Under the pieces are notes generated by a model. That model ran no database searches, was not told where the DNA came from, and saw only the letters and a program-made list of their open reading frames with translations. From positions 65,133,013 through 65,196,259 of the forward strand of contig NC_068984.1 in assembly GCF_001194135.2 (NCBI RefSeq): a stretch of 63,247 bases of DNA. Direction: 5' to 3'. How positions within the stretch are numbered: position 1 is the first letter of the stretch; the number at the start of each line of letters is the position of its first letter. The translations under genes were made by a program, and so were the position numbers. Below, piece by piece: positions 40,317 to 55,083 of this stretch. The DNA is from Octopus bimaculoides (lineage: Eukaryota).

Positions 40317-42580
40317 GTGTGTGTGCGTGCATGTGCATGCAAAATATTATTAAAAATTTCAATTTTTCATCAGAGGTTTTATCATTAATCAGGTGGGAAT
40401 TTCCTCAAAAATATTAACTAATGTTTGCATTAACATTTTAAACATACCTCATATGCAGAAGAATGAAATAATTTGAAATACCAGAAAGAAGCAAAGTTAG
40501 AAAATAATCCTGGATGCTACAAAAACAGAGACAAACTATCAGAATCTGTGGCAGCATTTAAGAACAGATAAATGAAAGACATCTGGGAATTCATCCAGAA
40601 CAGCTCTCCAAGCTAATACTGAAAAGTGATTAAATGAACCATGAAAAGTGAGATTTAGACTATAGAAAAGTGAAGTGAATAAAATTCTATATCTCAAGAA
40701 CAAGATCTGTGCAATAGAAAATATCAATACGGTCAAGTGGGAATAGATGAGAGAATTCTTTGAAACAGAATGTGGTAAGGAAACTAGTTCTAGGATTTAT
40801 AATATAAAAGCAAGATGGTGACTATAGAGAATATCAGCTTAAATGTTATTTCTAACAAGTGGGTTTCTCTAAAAGATAAGGCAGTTAAAATATGGTGTAT
40901 TACATATGAGCTGGCTTAGTTAAAATTTACTAATATGCTTGTGATAGTATTACAGCAAACATTAGAGCTAATGTTCTGAAATTAAAATTCAGAAATCATA
41001 ATCCGTTAAAACATGTTCTTACATTGCAATTTCTTAATCATCATTTTCTATATAAGAGTTGATAACTTTGATAAGAGTAAAGCTTAGATGTATTCCATTG
41101 ATTCAGTTTATACGGCTTAGATTATCCTACCTACAAAAAATAAATACTGTTGGTTTCTAATGTAGGAGTAGAGTGAATCAAATGTAAAATATGATTGTTA
41201 AAAGGAAATGAAATATCAAAGACATTTACAAAGCCTACAACATATGAAAGATGGAATAACTTAAGAGACACACTAAAATTGGTGTATAAAAGAATTAAAT
41301 GTTTAAGATACTAAATTACATGCAAGCACATGCAAGCACATACATGCACACATGCACACACACACACACACACACACACGCACATACACACACGCACATA
41401 CACACACATGCACACACACAATGCATGTGTTTGTTTCCAGTATGTTCGTCTTTGTGTGTATACAAATACATGTGCTTCAGATATTATTTCCATCAATAAG
41501 ATCATAAATGAAGCTTCTCACCAATGAATGGTCATCTAAAATGCTTTTGAATTCTATGAACTGAAGAATTTATGCAACCCTGTCAATATGAAGACTTAAT
41601 TGATGCACCAATTTTAATTAAAGACTTGCAGGATTTGAAATCTATTTCAAGTTTCTTACATGCGTTAAAATAATTTTATCGCATTTGAAAATATTTTTAT
41701 CAATATTTACTTAACCAATGAGTTCACTAAATTCATTAAAATTCTCTTTGCTTTGCATTTTGGATAGAGAATATTTTTTACTTAAAATTTTAAAGATACT
41801 TTTTAATAATACATGCCACTAATTTTTTTTTTTTGTCATTTATCATTAATTATAGATTGAATTACTTAAAAAGAATATTGATTCATTGATTAAGGACACC
41901 ATTGGATATTATCCCTTGGCACAGAAATAACATCAAAAAATTGATCAAAACAAATATTGTAGATTTTCCTTTCTCTATGGCCTTTTACTCTGGTGGCCAA
42001 CAGTTTGTGGTTGCATTCAAATACCAAATGTAAAAGAAACAAAATAAAGAACTGAGTAGATGATGTTCTATCAATAAAATGAGAACAATAAACAACTGAA
42101 TGTAGAAAGAAATATTCTATTGTTAACGTGTTTGTGTAATTTTTATGTTGATATTTTGAAATTACGACTGAAAATAATTTATTTAGCTGTATGATTAGTC
42201 TATCAGGTTTGTGGTTAATAAGTGATAAGTTACTTTAAAAATACTTGTTTACAATTTTTGCACACTGAAATATTTAACAAATGCTTTCTGCTAAAAGATA
42301 ATCAGTTATAAAATCAAATTACATTCCAGAGGTTAAATACATTGGTGATAGAAAAGTTTAAGAAGTGTAAGAAATCAATATATTCAATGGGCATTCTTTT
42401 ATCATTCTCAATTTTTATATAATTCTAATTCACATTTAGCATCTCAAAATTCAGTTCAATTATATGATAGGTTTTTCCCCAAAACTAAGGATAATTATAC
42501 ATTAAGACATTTCAAACTGAAGGATATAACTTAACTTTCTTCTACTCTCATTTTCGCCTGAAATAGTCACCTAAGTCATA

Positions 42581-42969
42581 TTGGTTTCAAATTTTTGACA
42601 CAAGGCCAGCAATTTCAGGGAAGAGCTTAACTGGTACTTATGTTATCGCTCCTGAAGGGATGTAAGGCAAAGTCATCCTTGGTGGAATTTGAACTCAGAA
42701 TGTAAGGATAGAACAAAATGCCTCTAATTATTTTGCTTAGTGTGCTAATGATTCGACCAATTTTGACACAAGACTAGCAAGTTCAGGGGAGGGGCTAATT
42801 GATTACAACGCCCTCAGTACACAACTAATACTTATTTTATCAAGTCGAAAAGATGAAAGGCAAAGCTAACATCAGTGGAATTTGAACTCAGAACATAAAG
42901 ACAGACGAAAAGCTTCAAAGACAAATGAAGTGCTGCCTATCATGTTAATGATTCTGTCAGCTCACCACT
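42581..42969 (-). mobile_element. Two head-to-tail SINE family C copies (approximately 42581-42757 and 42758-42969)
   Basis: The block ttttgacacaag...ggcaaag...ggaatttgaactcagaa...tgctaatgatt occurs twice. Confidence 0.7.
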
Positions 42970-43603
42970 TTATATCATATAGTCATATTAAAATCAAAAT
43001 GTATAGGTCAGAAGAAATGAGACAATGAATATTGGATTCAAGAAGATGAACTTAATGGGTGATAACCCCCCCCCCCCCACACACACACAAAAGTATAAGA
43101 AAAGTCAGTTATAAATTACTGAAGAGATGGTGAAAGACAAGTTTTTGTTAATTATTTGTCTGGATTAACATATGTACTAGTAACTTGCATACTAGCCAGA
43201 TAAAGCCAACTCAAGATGTTAAAAGCCTAATCAATCCTATATAACTCTCACACTATATTGCCAAGAGATTTCTTTTATCTTTTTGTGAGGATGAATAATT
43301 TATTGTCAATAATAAATATTCATACCAACAATGAGTAAGGTTTTCTTTTTCTTTTTTTTTTTAACATAATTACACATTAAAAATATTGTTATTATACAAT
43401 TGGTGCTATGTATCTTTCAGAAATCTCAATAATTTGGATTTCTTTTCATATGTTACTAAGATTTCTTCTACTTCAAAGGCGTCTTAATAGATCAGGGAAT
43501 TAACAACTGGTTAAAAAGAAATAGAAAGTATGACAAAACCATTTCTCCAATTAGTGTGTTTGTTTGAAAGCAATTCTGATGGTAGCATATATAATTTCAT
43601 AGC

Positions 43604-43677
<74 letters not shown>
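43604..43677. repeat. (TA)n microsatellite
   Basis: Read directly from the sequence. Confidence 0.95.
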
Positions 43678-43681
<4 letters not shown>

Positions 43682-44333
43682 TATATGTAGCAAGAATGAT
43701 TAATATATTACTATAAAAGTAATAACAGTCTTATTAGAATGCATTGTGCATTATTGATATTAACAAAGATAAGCTCTACAATTTATTACCAGAATAGATC
43801 AGTTCTTAAATGGTAGTCACATTTTAGGAAAAACACAATGAATGAATTTGTGACAAATGTAAAAAGAACTACATTACACAAAACTCTATTTCTTTTTATT
43901 GTAGTTTTTGGCTAAACTCTGCTTTAATTTTAATTAATTTACAAAACAACCCCTTTAAGTTTAAGATCAGCAAAAATCTTTCTTTTATTTCAAGATCTAA
44001 GATACTTTTCCTTAATATGGCTTCTGAGATTGACCTCTTTAGATCTAGCTTCTGCTTTGTTATATTTAAAAAGTTCAGTGAGCTATTGCCTCTGTTGGTA
44101 ATTGGGAACTCCTCCCCATAAATGAAGGCAAAAGGTATGGTTTATGCATGTGATGCTCAGAAACTAAATGTCACTAGAAACAAGGGTGTTGAATGTGGAG
44201 GATATACACCCAGCTGGAAATAAATGTGTCAAGCAGAGCATGCTTGATACAATTCAGTGTAATGTCAACCAACATGAACGATGGAATGGAAGTGTACTGA
44301 ATGAAAAACAAGCACTAATATCCACTACAGTCT

Positions 44334-44551
44334 AAGGCGGTGAGCTGGTAGAAACGTTGGCATGATGGGTGACATGCTTAGTGATATTTCATCTGTCTTT
44401 AAGTTCTGAATTCAAATTTTACTGAGGTCAACTTTGCCTTTAATCCTTGTAGGGTTGATAAATTAAGTACCAGCTGTGTTCTGGGGTCGATCTAATCCCC
44501 TGGCCCCCTCCCAACAATTTCGGGTCTTGTGCTTAGGGTAGAAAAGAATAT
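44334..44551 (+). mobile_element. SINE family C, best-preserved copy
   Basis: aaggcggtgagctggtagaaacgttggc head, ttctgaattcaaatt B-box-like segment, and actttgcctttaatcc...gttgataaattaagtaccag central domain. Confidence 0.8.
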
Positions 44552-46049
44552 CTGCTACAGGGTTAAGAGAAAACTGCAATGACATGGAGGAAATGATAGT
44601 TTAAAATAAAGTATGATAGTTGAATAAAATGAAGAATTATAGCTGAGTGAAAATTGAAAAGGCCAAATAATGGAGATAGATAGAAGCTGCAGATGAGGAA
44701 ACCAAACAAAGCATGAGATGATCTCAAGATGCTGAGGCTCACAAACAAAACTAGGGCAAGTAGAGTGACGCTGATAAAATTGACCCTTCCAACTCATTCT
44801 TGCATGAAATAGTAAATGTAAAAAGCTATGGTGAAGTTTCATAGCAACATAAATTATATCAGTATCTGTTGTGTATATGTATGTAATGTACACACAGACA
44901 AACATACAAGCATGTATTCTTTTCACTCATTTGTCATTAGACTATGGCACCACCATGAAAGATTTTAGCATAACAGTACCAGTATTTATTTTGCTTTGGT
45001 ACATATATATATATACATGTGTGTGAGTGTATATATAAAGTAACAAACTGAGGAAAAGAGTCCCTTCAAAGGGGTGTGTTAAACATCCAATTCACTGGTA
45101 CTTCAGTTGAATATCATATAAATATGAGTATAGTGCAATTACAAAGATAAATTAAATAGAGAGATACTATTGAATATCAAATAATTTATTTATATTGTAA
45201 TATTACATAATATACTATGAATATAATATAACATAATATTATATAACATAAACAATTATTAAAAAGCCAAAAAGGCTAACAAATTGTTTTGACTTATATA
45301 CACTTTCTGCTATAGATACACAATAACAGTTCCCTTTTATATATAAGTCACTTCAGGGTCATGGTTTAAAGATAGACGAAACTCCATGTAAAAGGGCAGT
45401 TGGACTGTAAAAATTAATTCGAATGTCTATGTATTATGAGCGTGAGCATTAACTATTCAATCATACATCAATTACAATTAAAAAACAACAAAAACACTCT
45501 AACAGATGATACAACCAAGTAAGTGCAATCCACAACCATCGAAATTCACTTCATTACATCTCAAGCACATACCAATCAAAATCTGTTCATGTCCAAGAGA
45601 GACACTTGTCACCACAACATACAACAATAAGATAGGTATGTATATATATGTATATAATTAAGTATCTAAGTCTTTCCCTGCAATAAAAATTATATAAACA
45701 ATTACATCTTCAATAAAACTCTTCTATTTATTTAAATCAATTGATATAGAAACAAATTATTGTTTAAATTAACTAATAATAGTCTTCTATAGTTATTGTT
45801 TATCAAGGGGAGATAATTCCGTAATAAATATGAATAGAAGCCTAATGAAAATTTCCTTGTTTACTTAATTTACCGTAGGGAGAATTCCATAATAAACATT
45901 AATATAAACTTGAGGCCGTTGCGATAACCAAAGTATCCCATAGATATATATCTAGGCTATAGTAATGGAAATCAAATTTACTAATTTTTTAGAGGTAACC
46001 AGATTTGAAGTTACTTAAATAATGATTGTTATTCATATACTATGGAAGG

Positions 46050-46263
46050 GCCAACCTGCCTGAGACAACCCTGATTCTGTGATACAAACATCCCTTTTTA
46101 AAGTGATCCAAATTAAAACCTGCCATCAGAATTTCATATAGATTTTTGTTCCAAACTACAGCTTAATAATAATAAACTTTATTTTACTAAATTCTTTATT
46201 ATTTTCAAAGTTAATTGAAACAAAGGCAGTGTTTTTCAAGAAATATAGCAACAAAAGAGTTAA
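46050..46263. mobile_element. Possible non-autonomous DNA transposon (MITE) relic ending caaaagagttaa
   Basis: Resembles a recalled octopus repeat with ttaaccctt...aagggttaa ends; only one end is recognisable here. Confidence 0.3.
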
Positions 46264-46342
46264 GCAAAGGCATGTGCATCATAGCACTATCATGAGTCTA
46301 TTTATTACTGCACTGTTTGAAATAGATAGTTAATTCTAACAT

Positions 46343-46607
46343 TTGCCAGTGCCCCTGGACTGGCTCTTGTGCAGGTGACACATGAAATACACCATCTTGA
46401 GCGTGGCTGTTGCCAGTACCGCCTGACTGGCCTTCGTGCGGGTGACACGTAAAAGCTCCCATTACACTCTCTGAGTGGTTGGCGTTAGGAAGGGCATCCA
46501 GCTGTAGAAACTCTGCCAAATCAGATTGGAGCCTGGTGTAGCCATCTGGTTTCACCAGTCCTCAGTCAAATCGTCCAACCCATGCTAGCATGGAAAGCGG
46601 ACATTAA

Positions 46608-46642
<35 letters not shown>
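46343..46642 (+). mobile_element. 3' end of the family A retroelement with (GAT)n tail
   Basis: Nearly identical to the distal part of 11850-12207. Confidence 0.85.
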
Positions 46643-47114
46643 AGAAATCAATAACATAAACCAAACAAGTATTAAGGACTGTTCTCAATGAACTAATCGA
46701 TATTATTATTTACAAACTCAAGGACCATACATAGTGCATATCCAAACTCTATCAATACTTTCAGAAGTAACAAAAAAAAAACATTGTTGTAATAAAAATA
46801 ATATTTATAAACTATACAATACTATAATAATTATTATTTTCATTATGAAATTTATTTAGTAAGTCAAATGAAACTATTCATTGTTATTCATTGTTATCAT
46901 CAATTAATAAATAAATTAAATAAGTCTATTTATACACATATTCATTTAGTATAATGAAGACATCTTATTTGTGATATGTAATTAATACTAAATACTAATA
47001 TAATGATAAATTTAACAGTAACTTCAAGAATATGCACTAAAATGAAGCAATTCAGAATTTGTCCACTAATGATTAATTTTCCAAATAAAGTTATTATATA
47101 GACTGAGATGACAA

Positions 47115-47390
47115 AACTCAAATATATACATATCTACACACACATACATATACACATATATACATGTACACACATAAGTACATATACATATGTATGTTTA
47201 TATATTTGTATATATATATATAAAACATATATGTGTGTGTGCATACACACACACACATATATACACACGTGTGTTTATATATATGCACACACATATATAT
47301 GTATGCTTTTATATATATACATATATATATATGTATGCTTTTATATATATATATATATGTATGTTTATATATATATATATATATATATAT
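47115..47390. repeat. Complex TA/CA low-complexity tract with repeated atatatgtatgcttttatat units
   Basis: Read directly from the sequence. Confidence 0.85.
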
Positions 47391-47700
47391 GTGCCAGTGG
47401 CACATAAAATGTACCATTCAAGCATGATCATTACTAGTGTCGCCTTACTGGCCCAAGAAAACACCATATGAGTGTGGCCATTGCCAGTACTGCCTGACTG
47501 GCCCACATGCCGGTGGCACGTAAAAGCACCCACTACACTCTTGGAGTGGTTGGCGTTAGGAAGGGCATCCAGCTGTAGAGACTCTGCCAAATCAGATTGG
47601 AGTCTGGTGCAGCCATCTGGCTCACTAGCATCCAGTCAAACCGTCCAGCCCATGCCAGCATGGAAAGCGGACGTTAAACTACGATGATGATGATGATGAT
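47391..47700 (+). mobile_element. 3' end of the family A retroelement, inserted between simple repeats
   Basis: cggtggcacgtaaaagcacccactacactc...ggaaagcggacgttaaac...(gat)n. Confidence 0.85.
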
Positions 47701-47702
47701 GT

Positions 47703-47746
<44 letters not shown>

Positions 47747-47899
47747 ATATATATATACATGTGAGTGTATGTAGTAAATACAGTTCCAGAGATTTGTGAG
47801 TATGTGAATTAATGTGTGCATATACATGAAGATTAATGTACTCATGGAATGAGTATAATTTCTCTTTAGCACAAATGTATCTACAATTATGCTTTATGT

Positions 47900-50200
47900 A
47901 TATGTTTTGCTCTTTCTAGAAGATTCAGTATTTCCAATGTTTTTAGGCAAAGTTGTTCTTGCATAAGCCAAGTGCGCCAATGATAACTATCACAAATGAG
48001 AATCTCCAGTCAGAAAGCAAGTTGTGAATTCTACATTAGTTTATGATAGAAGTTTTCTTTTTCTAAAACTTTAGATGAGACTTCATCCACTGGGAATCTG
48101 ATCTCTACAACAGAGCATGACTTTTGTTCCTTGTTTCATCAGAACATTATATTTCTATTTTTATTAGAATGTTCTAACCATATTCTTTACTTGTAAAGGG
48201 TGCAAATTCTGGGTGTGCCTTTGGTATGGCAATCAGAACAATCTTCCCTGTGGACAGTATTGTTAATAGTACTGGCAACAATGTTATATCTCATGGGAAG
48301 GTGGTAACATGCAGGTATTTTTGGCAGCTGCTGCTGATGTTGATGCTATCTTCTATACTGTATGATACAATCAACATTGTCTATCACAACATGGTATTTT
48401 TGAGGTATCCTTATCTCTTTTGTTGATCAGATATTCACTAGCTAAGGTTTGTTCCTAGAAAGCAAAGACATATCATTCTAGATATGCTGCAATGTATCAC
48501 AAGTTCCAGAAGTTATATTTCCTGTCAATATTTTGGTGTCCACTTATTTGAATGATATATATATATATATATATATATATACTCATGCATAATTTTATGA
48601 TGAAATTATTTCTCTCACAAGTTTCTTTCCATGTCCAGCTACCTTCTGGTCACATGGAACAGCAGTTCTACACTCAAAGTACCAAAACAAGAATTGTTTT
48701 CATTGTTGAGTGTACATGTGATGAACTCATTTTTCTCTTAAGTGCATAATATTATCTGGATATGATGTGACACTCAAAGGTCATTTGGACAAACGTTTGG
48801 ACAGTTCCATCCTTCAGTATTATTTCTGACATGTAAGTCATCAGTTGTAGCTAATACATTCCTAATCTTGATGTCCAAGAGGTCTTCAAATGTTCAATCT
48901 GGTGTTCTAAATGTTGGCTCTAGCACTGTATTGCAACAGCATTAAGGGATATGACCTTATTGATTGTAAATAATTCTGACTTCTATACCTTCTGAATTTT
49001 ACTGAAGTATTCCTTTGTCACTCTAGCTTTACTCATAGCACTAATATAAGCAACATTTTTGTCAATTCCAAGACACTTGTAGCATTCATCATAAGAGATA
49101 GAGGAAATAGAGAAGCCATCAATATCCATATCCCTCATTTAGTTAGCAATATTTCCTTGATTAATCACTAAATATGAACACTTATCTTCACCAAACTTCA
49201 TTTCTATCTCCCATAAGAATGCTTTGATTAGCTCCAACTGTCTCTTGTTGTTGTGAAAATTTTTTGAATACAGCTCCTGGTCATAAACAGAAAAGGTGTA
49301 GGTGACTTTGCTCTTCTATTTTCTGCAGTTCCCAACACCGCCTTCAATTTTCTCAATTGGCAAGGGGTCCAGTATCAGGAAAAAACACCAGAACAGACAA
49401 ACTGTTGTTCTGATAATCAAATTATCTTTGTACTTGCATCAGTTCTGAGTGATAACTGTATGAACCTTGTTGAAGTCAAAATTTTAATGGTATTGATTAT
49501 AGCAGACAGAACATTAGCGAAGTACAGTCACTATTGTACACACAAGTGAGAGACTGAGTCAAATATCTTTTCATAGTCGAACCATATTTTCAGTAGATTT
49601 CAGCAATGCTACTTCACATCCTTAAGAATAGCTCTGAGGGAAGGAGGCCATTTGGCACATCTCTAAACTCTTTTCTTTCCATTTTGTCTGCTCATCAGTC
49701 ACCACATCATTTGTTTCAGTGTGACCTCGGAAAAGCCCACTGAAGCAATGTATGCACAGTTTATACATTACATACAAGCATGTTGATAGTCTTTAATATT
49801 TTTCCACATTTCTCCTGATTCTGTCAATGCCATAGTCAACCAAATTGGCAGATTAAGTTCAACATTCATTGCCATTTTAACATGTTGGCAATTGCTCTCC
49901 TGTAAATGTGAGTTTCCTATAGCCAACAGTCAGGTGATTTTCCCATTTGGTAGTTTTACAACTGAAAGAAGAATTTTGCTGATGATATGGGTTTCAGAAG
50001 ACATTTGGACAGTACTCACTCTGTAAGCTCAATTAACCATATTGCATCATGGTTTGCTGCTTATTTGCATTCAAGATACACCTTCATTAACTCCCAAAAT
50101 GACATCAAATCATTCCAAAGATGAGCATTTATGTCCTGACCTTTCATAATGCAATTCAAAGTTTATAGGCTCAATACACACAGAGTTGATAGTCCTAATT
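47900..50200 (-). mobile_element. Decayed R4/Dong-like non-LTR retrotransposon (RT plus restriction-like endonuclease), pseudogenised
   Basis: Minus-strand remnants: DYQNNSLSVL (~49395-49423; IFQGDSLS-like), TYTFSVYDQELYSK (~49262-49303; HLxFxDDLKLY-like), EMKFGEDKCSYL (~49170-49205), YKCLGID (~49063-49083), NKEQKSCSVVEIRFPVDE (~48080-48135) and VIIGALG (~47967-47990). Confidence 0.75.
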
Positions 50201-52418
50201 CATAAAACTTCCTACCTATGAATGTATGTTTGTATGTAAACATTAAAAAGAACAAGTAAACAACTAAAGCCTATTGCAAAGTCAGTTTGTAAATGAATAA
50301 CCTAATATATAACCATGCAAGCCTCGAAATAAGGATAACTAGGAACTTGGGAAGACAAAAAGAACACTAGCGAAAAGGATGTATGAACCCAACAGAAGAT
50401 GAACAACTATCTAACAATGGCATGGATATTTAGAAATTCCAGACTGGTGTCCAGAGCTCTGTAAGACTAGTAGGAATTTGGCACCCCATAAAGCAAATTT
50501 TTAGGAGATGGTTGCTGAGTTACAAGAAAGGTATTGTGCTTCTTTGGACCAGATAATGACTGTCATTGCAATGTTACACAGGCTATTCTTAACTTAGATT
50601 TCATATAGACACCACTGGCAATTATTTTCAAATCATCAGTGATGGTCATATCTGTCCAATGAATAGACAGCCATAAAATAAGTATGAATAAATGAATATA
50701 AGGATACTTGAGTGGTTAGATATAGTTTTTAGACATGAATATGCTGAAGCAATTTTATAGTTCTTACTCTGCTAATAAAGTGAAGCAATTAAATAAATAG
50801 CAAACGTTTATATGATACAGTTAGCAAATGGTTATTTACACTGCAAGTAAGTTAAAATAACTCTTTATTTCTTATACTAATTATAATTTACATCAATTCT
50901 GAAATGACTTAGATATTAATGATCATGTGAAATAGATTGTAAATGAGCAGTTTGATAATCTGTTTTATCCTTTGTATAGAGAATAATAACTTAAGTTAAG
51001 AGAGAAAATTATGAATACTGAAAGTTAGATGAAATGTATTAGGAAAGCTTATAACACAAATACTGCAATCCCTTGTGTGGGAATCGAACTAACACACAAC
51101 TTTATAATTGCTGTTCAAATTTTTCACAATTTACAATGGCCTATGCAGCACTGGGATTTGCAAAAGCAATATAAACATGAAACTCAAAAGAAGTATGGGA
51201 TAAAATATATTTAATTTGTAGTAATTTGCTGTCCAACTATTCCAGCTATCTTGATATTTCTTCGGCATAAGCTGCTTTTGAATATACTGATTATGTCAAA
51301 TTATTTAAAGTATGATTTAACACAGAAAATGATTTTTGTGAGTTTTGATGACTATACATCACTTAGTTGTTATTTTGCTTTGTGTTTCATAATTTATAGT
51401 AGTCAAAATTAATCAATTTTTAGCATCCATTGAGACTTTGTCATCATCATTTTATGTGTTTTAAGATGGTAGTTGGCTGGCTGCAGTCACTTGAGACTTC
51501 TCTAGAGAAATTCATTTTCAAAATTTAATAGCATTTTACAATTCATAGCATCTGTGTTCTTTAAACATTTAAAACTGCACATCATTGAGATATTTAAAGT
51601 ATCTGAAGTTAACTAATTTACTTCTGAAACCAAACTTTTATTATATACTAATCAGAAATATCATTTACTTAATTAAATATTTAGAGATATGATAATCACT
51701 TGTGTAATATTCTTCATTCATATCATTTATAACAGTAAAATTGTCATAGACTGTTGCTTTTCACATGTTAGCAGAACCAAAGGTCCAATAATTTAACATG
51801 ATAATACGCAACTGTGACTGTTAAAGAAAATAGTTTAAATTTCTGGTTTTCCTTCAAAGTTATAATACAAATATGTCAAGATAAATTTATGTTAACAAAT
51901 ATTCTAATACTAGTACTGCATTCAATACCTTGTCATATCTTGTTTAAGTATCATTCTAATTACTTAATGAAATTGAAATCATTTTTTATTAGTCGCCTGC
52001 TAAAAGATTGCTATGTGTCTCTCAAGTTAAGACTAACTACTTAGAATAAAATCTAATTCAGTTCTTTCATATCCCACTGAAATAGTAGATATATATTTAT
52101 ATTTTTATAATAAATCTTTTGACCAATGGATTCTCTTGATAGAATTATCCACATTAAACCTTCAAGGCAAAACTGAAAGTGTTGTTATGTAGTCCAAGGT
52201 TTCCCTAACTGGGTAGATAGGAAGAACATACAATTATTCTAATTAGATGCAAAAGTTACACATTTTAAATCTTAACATTTTATAAATGTAATTGATTCTG
52301 AATAAAACGGCCCATATTTTAAATAAAAATGTCTCATAAAGATTAAAAATAAATTTATTCCAGTTTTACACATGTAGTAAATACTAAATACAAAGCAGTT
52401 AGTTATGAGTCTAATATA

Positions 52419-52525
52419 TCATCATCACTACCCTTTTAACATCCTCTTTTCCATACTCACGTGGGACAAACAGAATTTATTGAGGTGAATTATCTATAGC
52501 TAAATGCCCTGCTTGCCACCAACAA
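52419..52525 (-). mobile_element. Very old family A tail fragment
   Basis: catcatcac...ttttaacatcctcttttccatact is a diverged reverse complement of the tail. Confidence 0.4.
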
Positions 52526-52727
52526 ACGATTTCACAGGTTCTGCTTACTTACCATCATCTGACTGAACTGATGATGTGACTTAAAGCAAAACATCGAAGT
52601 CACTGGACTTTTTTTCCTTGTAAAAATATAGAACTAGAGAGAGTACTGAGTAATCCTTCAATTTAATGGTTAACTGTTTTTGTTATATATTTAACTTAAC
52701 ATAAAAGCAAGCCTTCAGATACATATG

Positions 52728-52760
<33 letters not shown>

Positions 52761-52766
52761 AAATGT

Positions 52767-52976
52767 ATCATCATCATCAACATTTGACATTTGTTTTCCA
52801 TGTTGGCATAGGTTGACAAAAACTGGCAAGGCCAAGGACCACACCAGATTCCATAGTCTGTTTTAACTAGGTTTCTAGGACTGGATGCTCCTCCTAATGT
52901 CAACCACTCCAGAGAGTGTACTGAGTGCTTTTTTACTTGGGACTGTCACCAGTGCTTTATATGTGACACCAGCATC
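52767..52976 (-). mobile_element. Family A 3' end, diverged
   Basis: atcatcatcatcaacatttgacat...ctggatgctcctcctaatgtcaaccactccagagagtgta...gtgcttt. Confidence 0.7.
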
Positions 52977-53164
52977 ACACACACACAAAATATAAACAAT
53001 AAGAAATTTAATTTCAAGTAAGAATTAATTTCTATTTCATATTAAAAATAAGCACCGACTTATAATTGTTTGAAACAAAAGTATTCATTACTATTTTTTT
53101 TTTTTTTACAAAAATCATGTGTATTCACAAAAAGGAAATGCTCTATTAACAGGGAGTGATCTAT

Positions 53165-53344
53165 AGGTGCAGGCACAGCTGTGTGGTAAGAAGCTTGTTT
53201 ACCAACCACATGGTTCTGGGTTCAGTTCCACTGCATGGCACCTTGGGCAAGTGTCTTCCACTATAGCCTCAGGCCGACCAAAGACTTGTGACTGGATTTG
53301 GTAGATTAGTAGATTGGTAGATTGAAACTGAAAGAAGCCTGTCG

Positions 53345-53384
<40 letters not shown>

Positions 53385-53590
53385 TGTGTTTGTCCTCCCA
53401 CCATCACTTGACAACTAATGTTGGTGTGTTTACGCCCCTGTAACTTAGCAGTTCAGCAATACAGACTGATAGAATAAGTACTAGGTTTACAAAGAATAAG
53501 TCCTGGAGTCAATTTGTTTGACTAAAAGGTGGTGCTCCAGCATGGCTGCAGTCAAAATGACTGGAACAAGTAAAAAAGTAAAAGAGTAAG
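53165..53590 (+). mobile_element. SINE family B, best-preserved full-length copy (tRNA-like head, CORE-like motif, internal (GT)n, LINE-like tail)
   Basis: A-box-like gctgtgtggtaag, B-box-like gggttcagttcc, gcaccttgggcaagtgtctt, and tail ggtggtgctccagcatggctgcagtcaaaatgactggaacaagtaaaa. Confidence 0.9.
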
Positions 53591-55020
53591 TAAATTGTGA
53601 AAAGAAACTTAAAATATTTGTATTCACATGTGTGTGTATACAGACATACAAATATATATGAACACACACACACACAAACACATACATATACTCATGTATC
53701 ATCAAACATAACACACAACAATCACAGAAACATAACACACCAACAAAATTACTTCCAACATTTAATTATTTCCTATTTTTTAACTAGTCTATGAGTTAAG
53801 GACATCACTTGTCAATCTAGCCAGAATTTTAACTGTAATTTTTTATTTGAATTTCATTTTTATTAGTTATTATAACAAATAGGATAATTAAAATATCAAG
53901 TTATATTATTTAGCTAATGTGAAATATATCTACATTTCTAATGCTATTAGTCAGGAATTCAAATTTATTACATTTTATTCCAAATAAAATATTTAAAAAT
54001 ATTTTATTTATATTTCTTTATTTTATATCAGCTTATGAGTAGAAATGAGAGTCTGATTAATCTATATTATCTTTGCAACACAGGTGGAAATATATTTTTT
54101 AATATATAGAATAGTTGTACTATTTTCAACAACTATTCCATATTTGAATCAAATTATCTTAAGAAGTATCATTCATTCAAATACAATTTAGTTGGATATT
54201 ATTTATCTTTAACAGTGGAATTTCTCCATGTCATTTCACATATATTTCAAAGCAGTAATATGTAAATTCACTCTTATCAAAATGAAATATTCTTCACATG
54301 TGTAGGTGGCTGCATGCTTTTATAGCAAACCTCATACTAACACACACACTAACATACAAATAGGTGCTGCTTTCTTGTAATATTTGCATTCTTTTCCTTC
54401 AACATCAACAATTTCCCTGTTTCAGTAACATTATGGATAGCATCAGATTCTATTCATGAACACATAACCACCTGCGAATTTAATTTGTAAGTAAGCCTGA
54501 AATATTAAATACTAAAATTCTATTTCCCAAGTAAATGTTGCAGCTAAAACTCCCTGGAATATTAACAAATTGATTAATTCAGACAGTGCAATTTATATAG
54601 CCAAGGAAAAATCATAGTTTTCCTTTTCTTTCTTTTTGCTTTTTTTTTTTTTTTTTCAATCTTCTGAGATGGTCACATGTGAGAGACATTATTAGAAGAG
54701 AAAATAAAAATGTTAGAAATGTGTTCTGAATATTTTATACTAAAGCCTATACAACAGTATATATAAAATGGAAGTAAACATTTGCTTAAACTCTTATCAC
54801 ATATAAAAATTCAAATGCTATTGCCAGAAGAAAATTCTATTTACAGAAAATGCAACTGAAACAGTTTACTTTTTTTCACTTTTAATTTCTATCTTACTAT
54901 AATTTTAACATAAAAGTAAGGTCAATTCATTCATCCCATAAAGGTGTCACAGTGGAAGGAAGAATATAACAAGCTATTTTGAGGGGAATTCACATTACTA
55001 CAATGATTTGCAAGGTAAAT

Positions 55021-55083
55021 GACAATGACGACGATGATGATGATGACGACGACGACGATGATGATGACGATGATGATGACAAT
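55021..55083. repeat. Interrupted (GAT/GAC)n trinucleotide repeat
   Basis: Read directly from the sequence. Confidence 0.9.

Noticed and set aside
53165-53240. tRNA-like sequences at SINE heads (also 3330-3393 and 44334-44420)
   Set aside because: No complete cloverleaf; each continues into a SINE body.
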